Shown piece after piece: positions 1-11,297 of a stretch of 64,000 bases of DNA (position 1 is its first letter; each line of letters opens with the position of its first letter). The DNA lies in sequence record SRR9188677_110, one strand, 5' to 3'. The notes beneath the pieces were generated by a model. The model saw only the letters and a list, made by a program, of their open reading frames with translations. It had not been told where the DNA came from and did not search any database. The translations under genes and the position numbers were made by a program.

Positions 1-744
1 CCCATACCAGCTAAACATTTCGCCATCTACTAACATTACTTTGGCGTTTGGCAAAGCAGCTTGAATTTCATCGATATGTTTTTGCCGAAATGGATAAGGC
101 TCGGAAGAGAGAAATACCAGTTGGCAGTCGGTAGTTTTCAGTTCTGAGAGTTCTATCTCAGGATATCTACTTTGTTTAATTACATTGTTTAAGCCAATTT
201 TACTTAAAATATCAGCTATAAAAGTATTTTGACCGGCAGCCATATAGGGGTCTTTCCAAATGAGATAAGCAACCCCCAACCCCCTAAAGGGGGCTTTTTC
301 TGCTAAAGTTTGTAGATCTTTAAAACCAGCATTAATCAGGTGATTTAAATAGGCGGCTTCTGGCTCGCGGTTAACCAACTCTCCTATTTGTGTAATGGTT
401 AACATCGCCTCTTCCAAGTTACTGATATCGCTCATCCAAACCGGAAACTCTTGCATCAATAACTCTACCTCGCTTTGTGTATTTTCTTCTTTATTGCCAA
501 TAATCAAATCGGGCTTTAAATCCCTAATTTTTTCAATAAGCAGCTTTTTTGTACCACCAACCTTAGTGGTAGATGCAAATTTATCAATTGGATGAATGCA
601 AAACTTCGTGATACCAACTACTTCATCAGCCAAACCCAAATCAAACAACAACTCGGTTTGCGAAGGTACAATTGATACAATCCTTTTAGGAGGAAAGTTA
701 ATTGTTATTTGATTGCCAAGCTGATCTATGAAGTTTTTTTGCAT
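1..744 (-). CDS. Helical-backbone metal receptor (BtuF/Fe-siderophore-type ABC substrate-binding protein), 3' end outside window
   Basis: Not in the ORF track. Manual translation from ATG at 744 gives MQKNFIDQLGNQITINFPPKRIVSIVPSQTELLFDLGLADEVVGITKFCIHP..., the TroA-like family N-terminus. TAACTTTG -7 box just upstream. Confidence 0.8.
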   Translation of the reverse strand, partial: MQKNFIDQLGNQITINFPPKRIVSIVPSQTELLFDLGLADEVVGITKFCIHPIDKFASTTKVGGTKKLLIEKIRDLKPDLIIGNKEENTQSEVELLMQEFPVWMSDISNLEEAMLTITQIGELVNREPEAAYLNHLINAGFKDLQTLAEKAPFRGLGVAYLIWKDPYMAAGQNTFIADILSKIGLNNVIKQSRYPEIELSELKTTDCQLVFLSSEPYPFRQKHIDEIQAALPNAKVMLVDGEMFSWYG

Positions 745-823
745 TTTGCAAAGTTATACGTTTTAAGTGGTAAGTTATAAGTGCAGGGCTTACAACTTAC
801 AGCGAATAACTTATAACTTAAAC

Positions 824-3007
824 TTACTCATACTTCAAAGCATCTACCGGACTGGCATGTATTACCTTTTTAATTTGCATGCTAACAATTAACATAGTAA
901 AGCACATAGAAATACAGAAAGCTAAAACAAACGGAAATAGTGGCATATCAATACGATAAGCAAAGCCCTTAAGCCAATAATTAATAGCCAAATAAATTAT
1001 TGGCCACGATACGACATTTGCAAGTATGATTAACCAGAAATAACTCTTGTTTAATAAAAAATAGATAGAAAAATGATCTGCACCCAAAATTTTTCTAATG
1101 GCGATTTCTTTGGTACGCAGTTTAGTTAAAAAAGACGCCAATGCAAATAATCCAATTAATGATAATGAAATGGATAAAAACGTAAAAATTTTAACCATTT
1201 GCATTAATCGTTTGTGGGTTAGTAAAACTTTCGACAAATCATCTTGCACAAAATTATAGGTAATTGGAAATTCAGGATAATGTCTTTTCCATAATGCCTC
1301 TATTTCCTGAAGTACTTTTTGCTGCTGGGATGTTTCGTATCTCACCACATAATTTCCTCCCATTAAATTGGGGTAATCCGACCCATTTACCACCGATGCA
1401 CTATAAACTGTTGGCTCAATTTGTTTTTCAAATCCAGCCACTTGAATATCTTTAATTACACCTATTACTTGAGATGGAATGCTATCCTTTGCATACAAAT
1501 ACTTCCCCACCATATTTTCTCCATAACTTTTTTGTAGGGTTTCATTTATAATTACACTGCTTACGCTGTCTTGTATTTGATTAACATCAAACAACCTACC
1601 ACATAAAAGTTTTACACCTAAAGCAGACAGCCCTTCAAAATTTACCATTACAGTTTTAAGCTCTCTCGATTCGTTTTTAAATTTATATTTGCCTTTAATA
1701 TTCTTATTAAGGCTAATAAATCCGTTGATACTGCCAACATATTTAACACCGTTTATTCGCCTGAGTTGTTGACCGATTTTCTTTGAAAACGGAGAATTGA
1801 TATTGATTACAGATTTCGCACTAAAACCTGGGTCCCTATTTTCCATGAAATCATTTCCAGAGAAGTTTAGTGATATTTCAAAAAGTGAATTTAAATAAGG
1901 GAGAAATCCTTCTATTAACATAACAGCTATGCCAAGTGCGATAAAACACTGCAAAGAAGTTTCTGCGAAAAACTGTGCTACAAGTGTTTTTTTATGCGCA
2001 CCTATTGCTTTTTTTATCCCAACCTCTTTTGCTCTTGAAATGGCTTGAGCCGTAAACATATTCACAAAATTGATGATTGAGATTAACAATAATAGCGTGG
2101 ATAATATGATGACCGGTTTAATTTGACTTAACCAACTTTTACCTTCTAATGGATTTTGATGAATTTCATGTATTGGCATGAAACGGATTTGGAGCTTGAG
2201 GTTGTTTATTGAAAAATCTGCAGGGATTTGCTCTTGCCTAATTAGCAATGCAGATTTAAACGGTGCATAAATAGACTGTGCAATTTTTGTAAGTTCAGTT
2301 GTAGCGTGATTATCTCGGATTTTCGCAAAAATCAATGCATCTCGATTATAACTATCGCTTAATGGAAATTGCCTTAAATTATATACCAGCAATTCAAAAC
2401 TAATTGAGTTTGGCGTTTTAGGTTCTTCAATTACACCAGTAATGGTATAGTTCTCAGCTTCAGCAAAGTTTTGTTGTTTTATGCGAATAGTTTGCCCGAT
2501 TGGATTAATGGAACCAAAATGTTTTTTCGCAAAGTCTTCTTTAATAACCAAGCTACCTGGTTTTACAAATGCTGATGCGGAGTCTCCATATATAAAATGG
2601 TAAGGGAATACATCGAAAACTTGCCCGTTGCCATACACAATTCCATCTTGCAAAAACGGAAATTTACCTTTAATCAAAATCGATTGTGTTCCTTGGTAAC
2701 TGTTAAAAGACGCCATAGACTCTATTTGAGGCATAGCCGTTTTAAGCAGTTCTATTAGCCTCATATCGGCATAGTCAGACCATTGTTCTATCTTATCCTC
2801 TTTAACTGACCATTGATCAACCTCTTGCAGCTGATATACATTCTTCAACTTTGGGTGCCAATGGTCATAACTTTTTTGATGGTTGATATAAAGTAGAATA
2901 AAAATAAAACCAGCTAGGCCTAATGCTAAACCTAAAATGTTAACTAAAGTTTAGCCCTTATTTTTAAGCAAATTTCTTATCGCGATTTTAAAATTTAGTT
3001 TTAACAT
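824..3007 (-). pseudogene. Degraded MacB/FtsX-family ABC permease paralog (nonsense codon plus internal in-frame deletion)
   Basis: ATG at 3007 reads MLKLNFKIAIRNLLKNKG then TAA (2951-2953); the same frame continues into the 674-aa ORF. About 75 aa present in the paralogs (GxYPA...RxxLVVxQF helices) are missing near 1855. Confidence 0.8.
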
Positions 3008-3046
3008 TTAGTTAATTTTAAGGATAAAGGTTTATCTTAAACTTGG

Positions 3047-5458
3047 TTACTCATACTTCAAAGCATCTACCGGATTATTTACCGCAGCCTTCCTAGCTTG
3101 TAAACTTACCGTAAATACTGCAATAAAAACAGAGGCTAGCGTAGCTATTGCAAAAGGCCAAATAGGCATATCTATTCTATATGCAAAACCGGCTAACCAT
3201 TTTTTTGTGAGCACATAGGCAATTGGCCAGCTAATTAAGTTGGCGGTGATAACCAATATTAAAAAAGAGCGGTTTAACATATTAATGATCTGAAAATCTG
3301 AAGCACCCAAAATTTTACGAATTGCTATTTCTTTTGTTCTCCGTTTGGCCATAAAGGTCGATAGCGCAAATAAGCCCAACAAAGAAAGTATTATGGAGAT
3401 AATGCTAAACAACACGATAATTTGCATTTGTTTACGGGTGGGTTCCATAGCTTTTTGAAATGCATCTTCCACAGCGGTATAAATCATCGGAAAATTTGGA
3501 TATGTCTTTTTCCATTCGGCTTCAATGGCATTTAAAGCTGGCTTGTAATTGTCACTATCAAACCTTACCAACAAATTATTGGTATTAGAACTTCCGCCTA
3601 AATGCGTAACCTTATATATAGTTGGTAAAACCGCTTTATCAAAACCTTCGTTGTTATAATCTTTAATTACCCCAATAATCTGAAAATTATTGTTCCACTG
3701 TTTAAATTGTTTGCCCACCACATTTTTGCCTAACAATTTAGCCGCTGCTTCATTTAAAACAGCTGTATTTACCGTATCTTGCTTATATGCTGAAGAGAAA
3801 ATTCTTCCACTCACTACCTGCACACCTAAGGCAGGCAATGCATCCATAGTTACAGTAACCGTATTTACACTATGCTCCTGATTGTTAAAAACGATATCGC
3901 TGGGTACGTTAAAAGTATTGCCCATTACCTGTGTTGTAGTGGCCACATATTTAACACCGGTAATCTTTTTAATTCGCTCTGCAAATGGATCCCCTGCATT
4001 GTAATTTGTGGAGATATTGATCAGCTTATCCCTACTAAAACCTAAGTCTTTATTGGCTACGAAATTGGTTTGCTGATACATTACCCCTATTCCGATAATA
4101 AATGTAACCGCAATAATAAACTGTACAACTACCAATCCGTTTCTTAAAGCAATTCCTTTTAAGCCGCTTTCGTAATTGCCTTTAAGCACCTTAACAGGAT
4201 TATATTTTGCCAATACCCAAGCTGGATAAAAACCTGCCAATAGGGTTATTAAAATGAACAAACCAAAAAGCTGAAATACAATTCCAAGCAATTGCTCACT
4301 ATGCCAAAAACTCAATTTAACATCAAAATGATTACTGAAAGCCGGCAATAAAACTTCTACCAAAATAATACAAATAAATAGTGCCGCTAAAGTCTGCAAA
4401 GCAGATTCGAGCAAAAACTGTGTAACCAGTTGTTTTTTATAGGCGCCCAATACCTTTTTAACGCCCACCTCTTTTGCTCTTTGTACAGATTGTGCTGTTG
4501 CCAAATTAACAAAGTTGATAACAGAAACTAATAATAAGAAAATAGACAAAGCTATGATAGGCTTAATTTTATCGATCCAGTTTTGATCAAAAGCTGGCGT
4601 TGCATAGGCATCGTGTAGAGGTATTATTTTTAAACCAGGTTTTTTTCCATTTTTATAAAAATCAGCATAGCTCATCTTTCTTTGCACAAAAGAAGATTTT
4701 TTATAATCTACATAAACCTTTTGCAAGATTTTGTTCATTTGGGCAGTATCTAGTTGGGTTGCAGCTAAAGCGTATACTTCGCAATGGTTGGTATTATTGA
4801 GCTGAACAGGATCCTTTTCTCTATCTCCAGAATGCATAATGGCATTAAACTTTACGCTTTCTGGAGTTTTTGGATCGGCCACCACGCCCGTTACAGTCAT
4901 TAAAGTTCCAGGATCATCTCGCCACATCAGTATTTTTAATTCTTTACCAATTACCTTTTCGGTACCAAAAATTTTATGTGCAAGACTTTGTTTTAAGACA
5001 ATGGTATTTGGTTTTGAAATAGCTGTTGCCTGATCTCCTTGAACAAACTGATAAGGGAAAACCTTAAAGAATAGTGAGTCTGCATCTCTAATATCACCAA
5101 CAATAATTGGGTTTGCATTGGCTGCTTTTACAGAAAATCCATCGCCCCATCCTTCGCCAACTTTAGTTACATACTTAAATTGAGGAACTTTGTTGCTCAC
5201 CAAAGCACCAATCCTTGATTCTACATTGTTCATCCAGTGTTGCTGATTGTCTGGCGTAAAAAAATCATGGTATTCTCTTAATTGATAAACATTTTTTAGA
5301 TCTGGGCTCCACTTATCGTAACTGGTTTCGTGATTAACAAATAAAAGCAATAGCACAAAAGCAGTTAGGCCCAATGCTAAGCCACCAATATTTATAGCTG
5401 CATAAACTTTATTTTTAAAAAGATTACGCAGGGCGATTTTTAAGTTAAGTTTGAACAT
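3047..5458 (-). CDS. ABC transporter permease, tandem MacB-PCD/FtsX domains
   Basis: 803 aa; MFKLNLKIALRNL start, RAKEVGVKKVLGA and RTKEIAIRKILGA motifs, DALKYE end. Confidence 0.92.
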   Translation of the reverse strand: MFKLNLKIALRNLFKNKVYAAINIGGLALGLTAFVLLLLFVNHETSYDKWSPDLKNVYQLREYHDFFTPDNQQHWMNNVESRIGALVSNKVPQFKYVTKVGEGWGDGFSVKAANANPIIVGDIRDADSLFFKVFPYQFVQGDQATAISKPNTIVLKQSLAHKIFGTEKVIGKELKILMWRDDPGTLMTVTGVVADPKTPESVKFNAIMHSGDREKDPVQLNNTNHCEVYALAATQLDTAQMNKILQKVYVDYKKSSFVQRKMSYADFYKNGKKPGLKIIPLHDAYATPAFDQNWIDKIKPIIALSIFLLLVSVINFVNLATAQSVQRAKEVGVKKVLGAYKKQLVTQFLLESALQTLAALFICIILVEVLLPAFSNHFDVKLSFWHSEQLLGIVFQLFGLFILITLLAGFYPAWVLAKYNPVKVLKGNYESGLKGIALRNGLVVVQFIIAVTFIIGIGVMYQQTNFVANKDLGFSRDKLINISTNYNAGDPFAERIKKITGVKYVATTTQVMGNTFNVPSDIVFNNQEHSVNTVTVTMDALPALGVQVVSGRIFSSAYKQDTVNTAVLNEAAAKLLGKNVVGKQFKQWNNNFQIIGVIKDYNNEGFDKAVLPTIYKVTHLGGSSNTNNLLVRFDSDNYKPALNAIEAEWKKTYPNFPMIYTAVEDAFQKAMEPTRKQMQIIVLFSIISIILSLLGLFALSTFMAKRRTKEIAIRKILGASDFQIINMLNRSFLILVITANLISWPIAYVLTKKWLAGFAYRIDMPIWPFAIATLASVFIAVFTVSLQARKAAVNNPVDALKYE

Positions 5459-5464
5459 TTTTCG

Positions 5465-5496
5465 AGTATCTAGTAGTGAGTATCAAGTATCAAGAC
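5465..5496. repeat. Heptamer tandem repeat (AGTATCA-type x4 + AGAC) just upstream of permease start
   Basis: agtatct agtagtg agtatca agtatca agac. Confidence 0.8.
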
Positions 5497-5515
5497 ATAT
5501 TTTAAAACAAAACAG

Positions 5516-6199
5516 TTAACTGTTAACAATTTTATCTTCCTTAATTACGCCATCTTCTATAGTTAATATTCTGTTGCCGTATTGGGCATTTTTCTCCGAA
5601 TGGGTTACTTGTACGATGGTAATTCCATCTTCTTCATTTAGTTTTTTAAACAGCTCCATAATCTGCTCTGCTTGTGCCGATTGTAGGTTTCCTGTAGGTT
5701 CATCTGCCAAAATAATTGATGGTTGTGCCACCAAAGCTCTAGCTATGCCCACCAATTGTTGCTGCCCGCCCGAAAGTTGGTTTGGAAACAAATCCTTTTT
5801 AGCAACCATATTAAAACGATCTAAAATATCCGCTATGCGGCTTTTACGTTCTGAACTTGCAATTTTCTTGTACAGTAATGGTGCTTCTATATTCTCGGCA
5901 ACTGTCATTTCATCTATTAAATGATAAGCCTGAAAAACGAAGCCAATATGGTTACGGTACAACTCAATCCTTTGGCGTTCTTTCATCGCCGTAACGTCTT
6001 CACCCATAAAGTAATATTGGCCATAGGTTGGCTCTTCTAACATGCCCAAAATATTTAATAAAGTTGATTTGCCAGCCCCAGATGGACCCATTATGGATAC
6101 AAATTCACCTTGTTTTATAGTGGTGGTTACATGACGTAGGATGTAACTTTTTACGCCCTTATTGGCGTAGTATTTTTCTATGTTTTTTAGTTCGATCAT
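5516..6199 (-). CDS. ABC transporter ATP-binding protein (MacB/LolD-like)
   Basis: Walker A GPSGAGKST, signature LSGGQQQ, Walker B ILADEPTGNL. Confidence 0.95.
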   Translation of the reverse strand: MIELKNIEKYYANKGVKSYILRHVTTTIKQGEFVSIMGPSGAGKSTLLNILGMLEEPTYGQYYFMGEDVTAMKERQRIELYRNHIGFVFQAYHLIDEMTVAENIEAPLLYKKIASSERKSRIADILDRFNMVAKKDLFPNQLSGGQQQLVGIARALVAQPSIILADEPTGNLQSAQAEQIMELFKKLNEEDGITIVQVTHSEKNAQYGNRILTIEDGVIKEDKIVNS

Positions 6200-6205
6200 T
6201 TTTGT

Positions 6206-6272
6206 AGTATCAAGTAGTGAGTATCAAGTATCAAGACAGTGCAAAAGCTTTAGTCTTTGGTCTTTAAGCTTT
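6206..6272. repeat. Bipartite heptamer repeat module (AGTATCA-type x4 plus CTTTAGT/CTTTGGT-type)
   Basis: 6206-6237 matches 5465-5496 at all but one base; 6248-6272 is identical to 11340-11364. Confidence 0.8.
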
Positions 6273-6279
6273 GCCTAAA

Positions 6280-8676
6280 TCATTCATATTTCAATGCATC
6301 AATGGTATTCGCTTTTGCAGCCCTGTAACTCCTTAAGGTAACAGTTAATATGGTAATCGTCATAGAGATTATCGTAGCCAATACAAACGGCCAAACGCTT
6401 AAATCTATACGGTATTGGAAGCCCGCCAACCATTGGTTTACAATAATATAGGCCACTGGCCAAGCTACCATATTGGCAATTAATACCATCCATAAAAAAG
6501 AACTGTTAAGCATTTTAACCAACTCAATATTTGATGCGCCTAATACTTTTCTAATCGCTATTTCTTTGGTACGCTGCGTAGCAACAAAAGAGATCAATCC
6601 AAATAAACCAATAAATGATATAAAAATAACCACCCCAGCAAATACTTTAAACAAAGTACCCATTACCTGTTCGGTGCGATAGTAACTTGTAATTTCATCA
6701 TCCATAAAACCTACTTCATATATACCGTCAGGAAATGTGCTATTAAAGTTTGTTTCTATCTCTTTAAGAGTGCTTGATAAAGCTTTTGATTCTAACTTTA
6801 TGGCGATAGCGTCGTAATTTACCTTTCTGGTAAAAATAGCTATCGGCGCAATAGCTTCATGCAAAGAGCTATTATTAAAATCTTTAACCACACCTACAAT
6901 TGGCCCCTTTTTACCCCAAATGCCTACAATTTTGCCAAGGGCCTCATTAGGATTGCGCACATTAAGTTTTTTCAAGAAAGTTTCGTTAACCACAAATTCT
7001 TTAATGGTATCGCTTTTGGCTAAAGCTCTTCCCGCTACAAATGTTAAACCAAAGGTTTTAAAATACTCTTCATCGCCTAATTTTGTATTTACCTGAAAAT
7101 CTGCTGTTTTTGAGCTGTTGTAAGTAAAACTTGTTTCATTATTGCTTTGTGATGCTGGTGCGGCGCTATTGAAAGAAACATTTTTAACTCCTTTTTTAGC
7201 TAAAACTTGGGCTTTAAAAGAGTTGTACTTAAGTTGGCTTAAACTATCTTGTGGCAAATTAACAATTGCTACGGCGGTAGCATCAAAACCCAATGGTTTA
7301 TTGCGGATATAACTCATCTGTTTGATGATGACCAGCGTACTTACAATTAATATTGCCGTAATGGCAAATTGTACTACTACCAAAGTTTTGCGCAAACCAA
7401 TGCCTCCTGCATTTGCAGAACTTAACTTGTTTTTTATGGCTAGCGCCGGACTAAAACCGGACATGATTAAGGCTGGATATAATCCCGCCAAGAAACTTAC
7501 CAAAACCAACATTGTAAGTAGAAATAACACAATAAGTGGGTTAGTAAACAAGCCAAATGTAACCTCGGCATCTAATAAATTTTGCATTTTTGGCAAAACC
7601 AGTTCAGTTAAAACGCAAGCCAAAAGCAAAGCAATGAGTGTAATTAAGGAAGTCTCGCTTAAAAACTGCCAAACCAATTGATTTCTTCTACTACCCATTA
7701 CTTTACGCACGCCAACTTCTTTAGATCGGCTTACAGCTTGCGCAGTGGCTAAATTGATGAAATTAATACAGGCTGTTAACAACAAAAACAAACCAATCAC
7801 ACTAATACCTACCAATTGCTTAATTGGGGTAGTAAGCTGTGCAAAATTGCCATAATTGTCGTTATGGTGCACATCATTTAAAGGCTGAAAATTATGGGAT
7901 ACCTTGCCAGGTGCTTTAGGATCATCTTCATACTTTGCAATCAATTGTTTCATTGATGCGTTTAACTGATTGATTTGAACACCCTTTTTTAGCAAAATAT
8001 AACATTCTGAACTAGATGAAACTGAGCCCCATTCTTTAGAATTTTTGCTGGTAAAACTGCTGTAGCTAAACACAACATTCATCGGAAAACTTGTATTTGG
8101 CAAATAGTCTGCAATAACTCCAGTAACTTTATAATCGGTTTTATTATTGTACCTTAAACTTTTGCCTATTGCATTTTGCCAACTTCCATAATAGGTTTTT
8201 GCTGTTTTTTCTGTTAATACAACACTATTTGGAGCAGTTAAAGATTGATTTGGATTACCAGAAAGCCATTTGTAGTTAAATATTTCAAAAAAATCTGGCT
8301 CCGCATAATAAACAACACTGCTTTCTTTAATTTCTGCTTTACCATTTTGCGCAGGTACTTTTATAATGCCATCACGCTGTTGCACTGCAGCAACTTTGTC
8401 AACTTGAGCAAAATCATTACGCATAGCCGGTGTTAGCGGAAGCGGCACACCTTGCGAGTAAAATTCATTACCATCGGTATATTTCCATTGAGAAACAACA
8501 CGATATATTCGATCACTATTTGCATAACCTTTGTCGTAACTAGTTTCATAATTCACAAAGATGAATATCAAAATACAACTTGCTAGGCTAATAGATAATC
8601 CGAAAATATTTATAGCGGTATAGCCTTTGTATTTCCAAAGGTTGCGCAGGGCGATTTTTAAGTTAAGTTTAAACAT
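6280..8676 (-). CDS. ABC transporter permease, tandem MacB-PCD/FtsX domains
   Basis: 798 aa; same family motifs as paralogs. Confidence 0.92.
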   Translation of the reverse strand: MFKLNLKIALRNLWKYKGYTAINIFGLSISLASCILIFIFVNYETSYDKGYANSDRIYRVVSQWKYTDGNEFYSQGVPLPLTPAMRNDFAQVDKVAAVQQRDGIIKVPAQNGKAEIKESSVVYYAEPDFFEIFNYKWLSGNPNQSLTAPNSVVLTEKTAKTYYGSWQNAIGKSLRYNNKTDYKVTGVIADYLPNTSFPMNVVFSYSSFTSKNSKEWGSVSSSSECYILLKKGVQINQLNASMKQLIAKYEDDPKAPGKVSHNFQPLNDVHHNDNYGNFAQLTTPIKQLVGISVIGLFLLLTACINFINLATAQAVSRSKEVGVRKVMGSRRNQLVWQFLSETSLITLIALLLACVLTELVLPKMQNLLDAEVTFGLFTNPLIVLFLLTMLVLVSFLAGLYPALIMSGFSPALAIKNKLSSANAGGIGLRKTLVVVQFAITAILIVSTLVIIKQMSYIRNKPLGFDATAVAIVNLPQDSLSQLKYNSFKAQVLAKKGVKNVSFNSAAPASQSNNETSFTYNSSKTADFQVNTKLGDEEYFKTFGLTFVAGRALAKSDTIKEFVVNETFLKKLNVRNPNEALGKIVGIWGKKGPIVGVVKDFNNSSLHEAIAPIAIFTRKVNYDAIAIKLESKALSSTLKEIETNFNSTFPDGIYEVGFMDDEITSYYRTEQVMGTLFKVFAGVVIFISFIGLFGLISFVATQRTKEIAIRKVLGASNIELVKMLNSSFLWMVLIANMVAWPVAYIIVNQWLAGFQYRIDLSVWPFVLATIISMTITILTVTLRSYRAAKANTIDALKYE

Positions 8677-8681
8677 TTTAA

Positions 8682-8713
8682 AGTATCAAGTAATAAGTAT
8701 CAGGTATCAAGAC
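8682..8713. repeat. Heptamer tandem repeat (AGTATCA-type)
   Basis: agtatca agtaata agtatca ggtatca agac. Confidence 0.75.
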
Positions 8714-8741
8714 ATTGCAATTAGTCTTTAAATTTTATGAT

Positions 8742-8756
8742 GCCAATTTTATACCA
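8742..8756 (-). promoter_or_regulatory. Putative sigma54 -24/-12 promoter internal to the permease array
   Basis: Minus strand TGGTATAAAATTGGC = GG-N10-GC, in the longest spacer within the array. Confidence 0.6.
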
Positions 8757-8819
8757 CTAATAATAAACTATTATAAAGCATTATAAAACAGACACTTACA
8801 TATTAAATCAACCAAACAA

Positions 8820-8859
8820 CTGTTCGATAATGAACAAACCAATGTTCGCAATCGAACGA
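8820..8859. promoter_or_regulatory. Tandem palindromic enhancer sites TGTTC-N6-GAAC(A)
   Basis: CTGTTC-GATAAT-GAACAA and ATGTTC-GCAATC-GAACGA, 22 bp apart; same motif pair at 18481-18519. Confidence 0.65.
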
Positions 8860-8921
8860 TGTTGTGTTATAAGCAATGAGCCCAGGCTTTTAACCCGCAA
8901 CTCACAACTCGTAACTTATTA

Positions 8922-11291
8922 TTATTCGTATTTTAAAGCATCTACTGGATTAGCTTTGGCCACTTTTAATGATTGTATGCTTACGGTTAAAACGGCTATA
9001 ATTATCGAAATCGAGATGGCTAATGCAAAAGGCCAGAATGAGATTGAAATTCGATATTCAAAAGCAGATAACCATTTGTTGATAATGATATAAGCCAAAG
9101 GAAATGCAATTACATTTGCAATAGCCACCAATTTGATAAAATCTTTATTTAGCAAAGTGAGAATATCAGCCATGCTTGCGCCTAATACCTTACGGATGCT
9201 AATTTCTTTTTTGCGTTGCTCTGCCATAAACAAAGCCAATCCTAACAAACCCAAACAGGAAATGAAAATAGCAAAACCACCAAACCAGTTTGAAAGGGTT
9301 CCTAATAATTTTTCATCCTGAAACTTGGTTTCAAAGGATTCGTTTACAAATTTGCGGTTAACAGGGTAATTTGGCTCCATTTCTTTAACCAGCTCATCTA
9401 TTTTTGCTAAAGAAGAACTTATATTTTGATTTGGATTTAAGCGAGCAATAATAAAATTAGCATTATCATTAGTTCCTTTATGAAAAATCATAGGGCCAAC
9501 TTTCTGGTAAGCGCTTTCTACCACAAAATCTTTAACTACACCAATAACAGTTAACTTGTAGCCCCAAAAAGTAATTACTTGACCTAGTGGGTTTTTCAAT
9601 CCCATCATTTTTACAGCCGCTTCATTAAGCAATACCTTACTGCTATCGTTAGGAAATTGTGGTGAAAACTCTCTTCCGCTAATTAGCTCAGTACCCATAG
9701 TTTCGATAAACTCGTAACCTATTCCTCTATGGTTAAAAGAAATATTTTCATTCGGATTTTTGCCCTCCCATTGTACGTCTGTAGTATTATTTCCACCTTC
9801 AGTTAAATCTGAACTAAAAAAAGTTACATTGGTTACAGCCCCAGATTTGGTCAATTGTGTTTTGAGCAGTTCGAGTTTGCCATTATCACGCATTTTACCT
9901 TCTACATAAATTTGCAGCAAGTTTGATTGATCGTAGCCAACTGGTTTATTTTTAATGTAGCTTAATTGCTGATAGATAACTGCTGTGCACACAATTAAAC
10001 ATGCTGCAAATACAAATTGCCCCACCACTAAAACTTTTCTGGTAGAAATTGATGAATCAGATTTAATTTTTAAGCCTTTTAAAACCTTAATAGGCTCAAA
10101 AGAAGAGAGATATAAGGCTGGATAACTACCTGCAATTATGCCAGTAAAAATCATTAAAACTAAAAGTCCGCCCCAAAAATTGATGTTTTTATAATCTATT
10201 TGTAAATGAATATTCAATAAATTATTGAAATAAGGCAAACTAACCTCTACTAAAATAAAGGCAACAGCTGTGGCAATAAAAGTAATTAACCATGATTCTA
10301 AAAAGAATTGGCTAATTAATGATTTTCTGGAAGAACCGATTGCCTTGCGCACGCCAACTTCTTTTGCCCTACGTTCAGATCTCGCGGTAGATAAGTTCAT
10401 GAAATTTACACAGGCAATTAATAAAATACAAAATGCAAGTAGCAAAAATATCTTCAATTGGTCTATTTTACCACCTACCGATTTGCCATTCTCAAAATCG
10501 GCATACAAATGCCATTTGTTTAAAGGATGTAACGAAGCAACGGCTAGATTTTCTTTTTGATTGCGTTTGTAAATTCCGGCAATGGCAGCATTTGCAGCAT
10601 TAAAATATTGGTTGTCTTTTAGTTGTACAACTGTTAAACACATGTTGTTACCCCAATGATCTTCTTTTGCCCAAGGCTCTCTTTTCTCGTATAAAGCCCA
10701 AGGCATTATACTTTCAAACTGAATACTGCTATTACCTGGTACATCCTCAATAATTGCTTCAACTTTTAATACATCCTCATTTTCTAGCTTAACCGTTTTA
10801 TTAATAGGATCTTCATTTCCAAATAACTTTTTAGCAAAAGATTTAGTGAGGATAATAGAATTAACGTTTTTTAGAACCTGTTTAGGATTACCCTTAATAA
10901 ATTTATAATCAAATATTTTAAGAAAATTTGGATCTGTAAAAACAACCTTGTTATTTATTTTCTTATCTCCTACGGTAATTAAATTTAGTCTGGGATAGGT
11001 AGAGCGAGAAGTATATTTAACACCTACAATTTTTTCTTGTACTTCTTTAGCCATTACATTTGGTGTCCATGCCCAGCTTAAGGTTTTACCATTTGCAACT
11101 ACACTTTGGTAGGTGATATAGGTTTTATCATTATTGATAAATTGCTTATCGTAACTCCACTCATAAGCAACATACATTAATAAGATCATACAACTGGCTA
11201 GTCCAATTGCTAAGCCACCAATATTTATAAGCGAAAAGCCTTTATTTTTCCAAAGGTTACGCAGGGCGATTTTTAAGTTGAGTTTAAACAT
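8922..11291 (-). CDS. ABC transporter permease, tandem MacB-PCD/FtsX domains
   Basis: 789 aa; RAKEVGVRKAIG, GSYPA, DALKYE. Confidence 0.92.
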   Translation of the reverse strand: MFKLNLKIALRNLWKNKGFSLINIGGLAIGLASCMILLMYVAYEWSYDKQFINNDKTYITYQSVVANGKTLSWAWTPNVMAKEVQEKIVGVKYTSRSTYPRLNLITVGDKKINNKVVFTDPNFLKIFDYKFIKGNPKQVLKNVNSIILTKSFAKKLFGNEDPINKTVKLENEDVLKVEAIIEDVPGNSSIQFESIMPWALYEKREPWAKEDHWGNNMCLTVVQLKDNQYFNAANAAIAGIYKRNQKENLAVASLHPLNKWHLYADFENGKSVGGKIDQLKIFLLLAFCILLIACVNFMNLSTARSERRAKEVGVRKAIGSSRKSLISQFFLESWLITFIATAVAFILVEVSLPYFNNLLNIHLQIDYKNINFWGGLLVLMIFTGIIAGSYPALYLSSFEPIKVLKGLKIKSDSSISTRKVLVVGQFVFAACLIVCTAVIYQQLSYIKNKPVGYDQSNLLQIYVEGKMRDNGKLELLKTQLTKSGAVTNVTFFSSDLTEGGNNTTDVQWEGKNPNENISFNHRGIGYEFIETMGTELISGREFSPQFPNDSSKVLLNEAAVKMMGLKNPLGQVITFWGYKLTVIGVVKDFVVESAYQKVGPMIFHKGTNDNANFIIARLNPNQNISSSLAKIDELVKEMEPNYPVNRKFVNESFETKFQDEKLLGTLSNWFGGFAIFISCLGLLGLALFMAEQRKKEISIRKVLGASMADILTLLNKDFIKLVAIANVIAFPLAYIIINKWLSAFEYRISISFWPFALAISISIIIAVLTVSIQSLKVAKANPVDALKYE

Positions 11292-11297
11292 TTTTCG

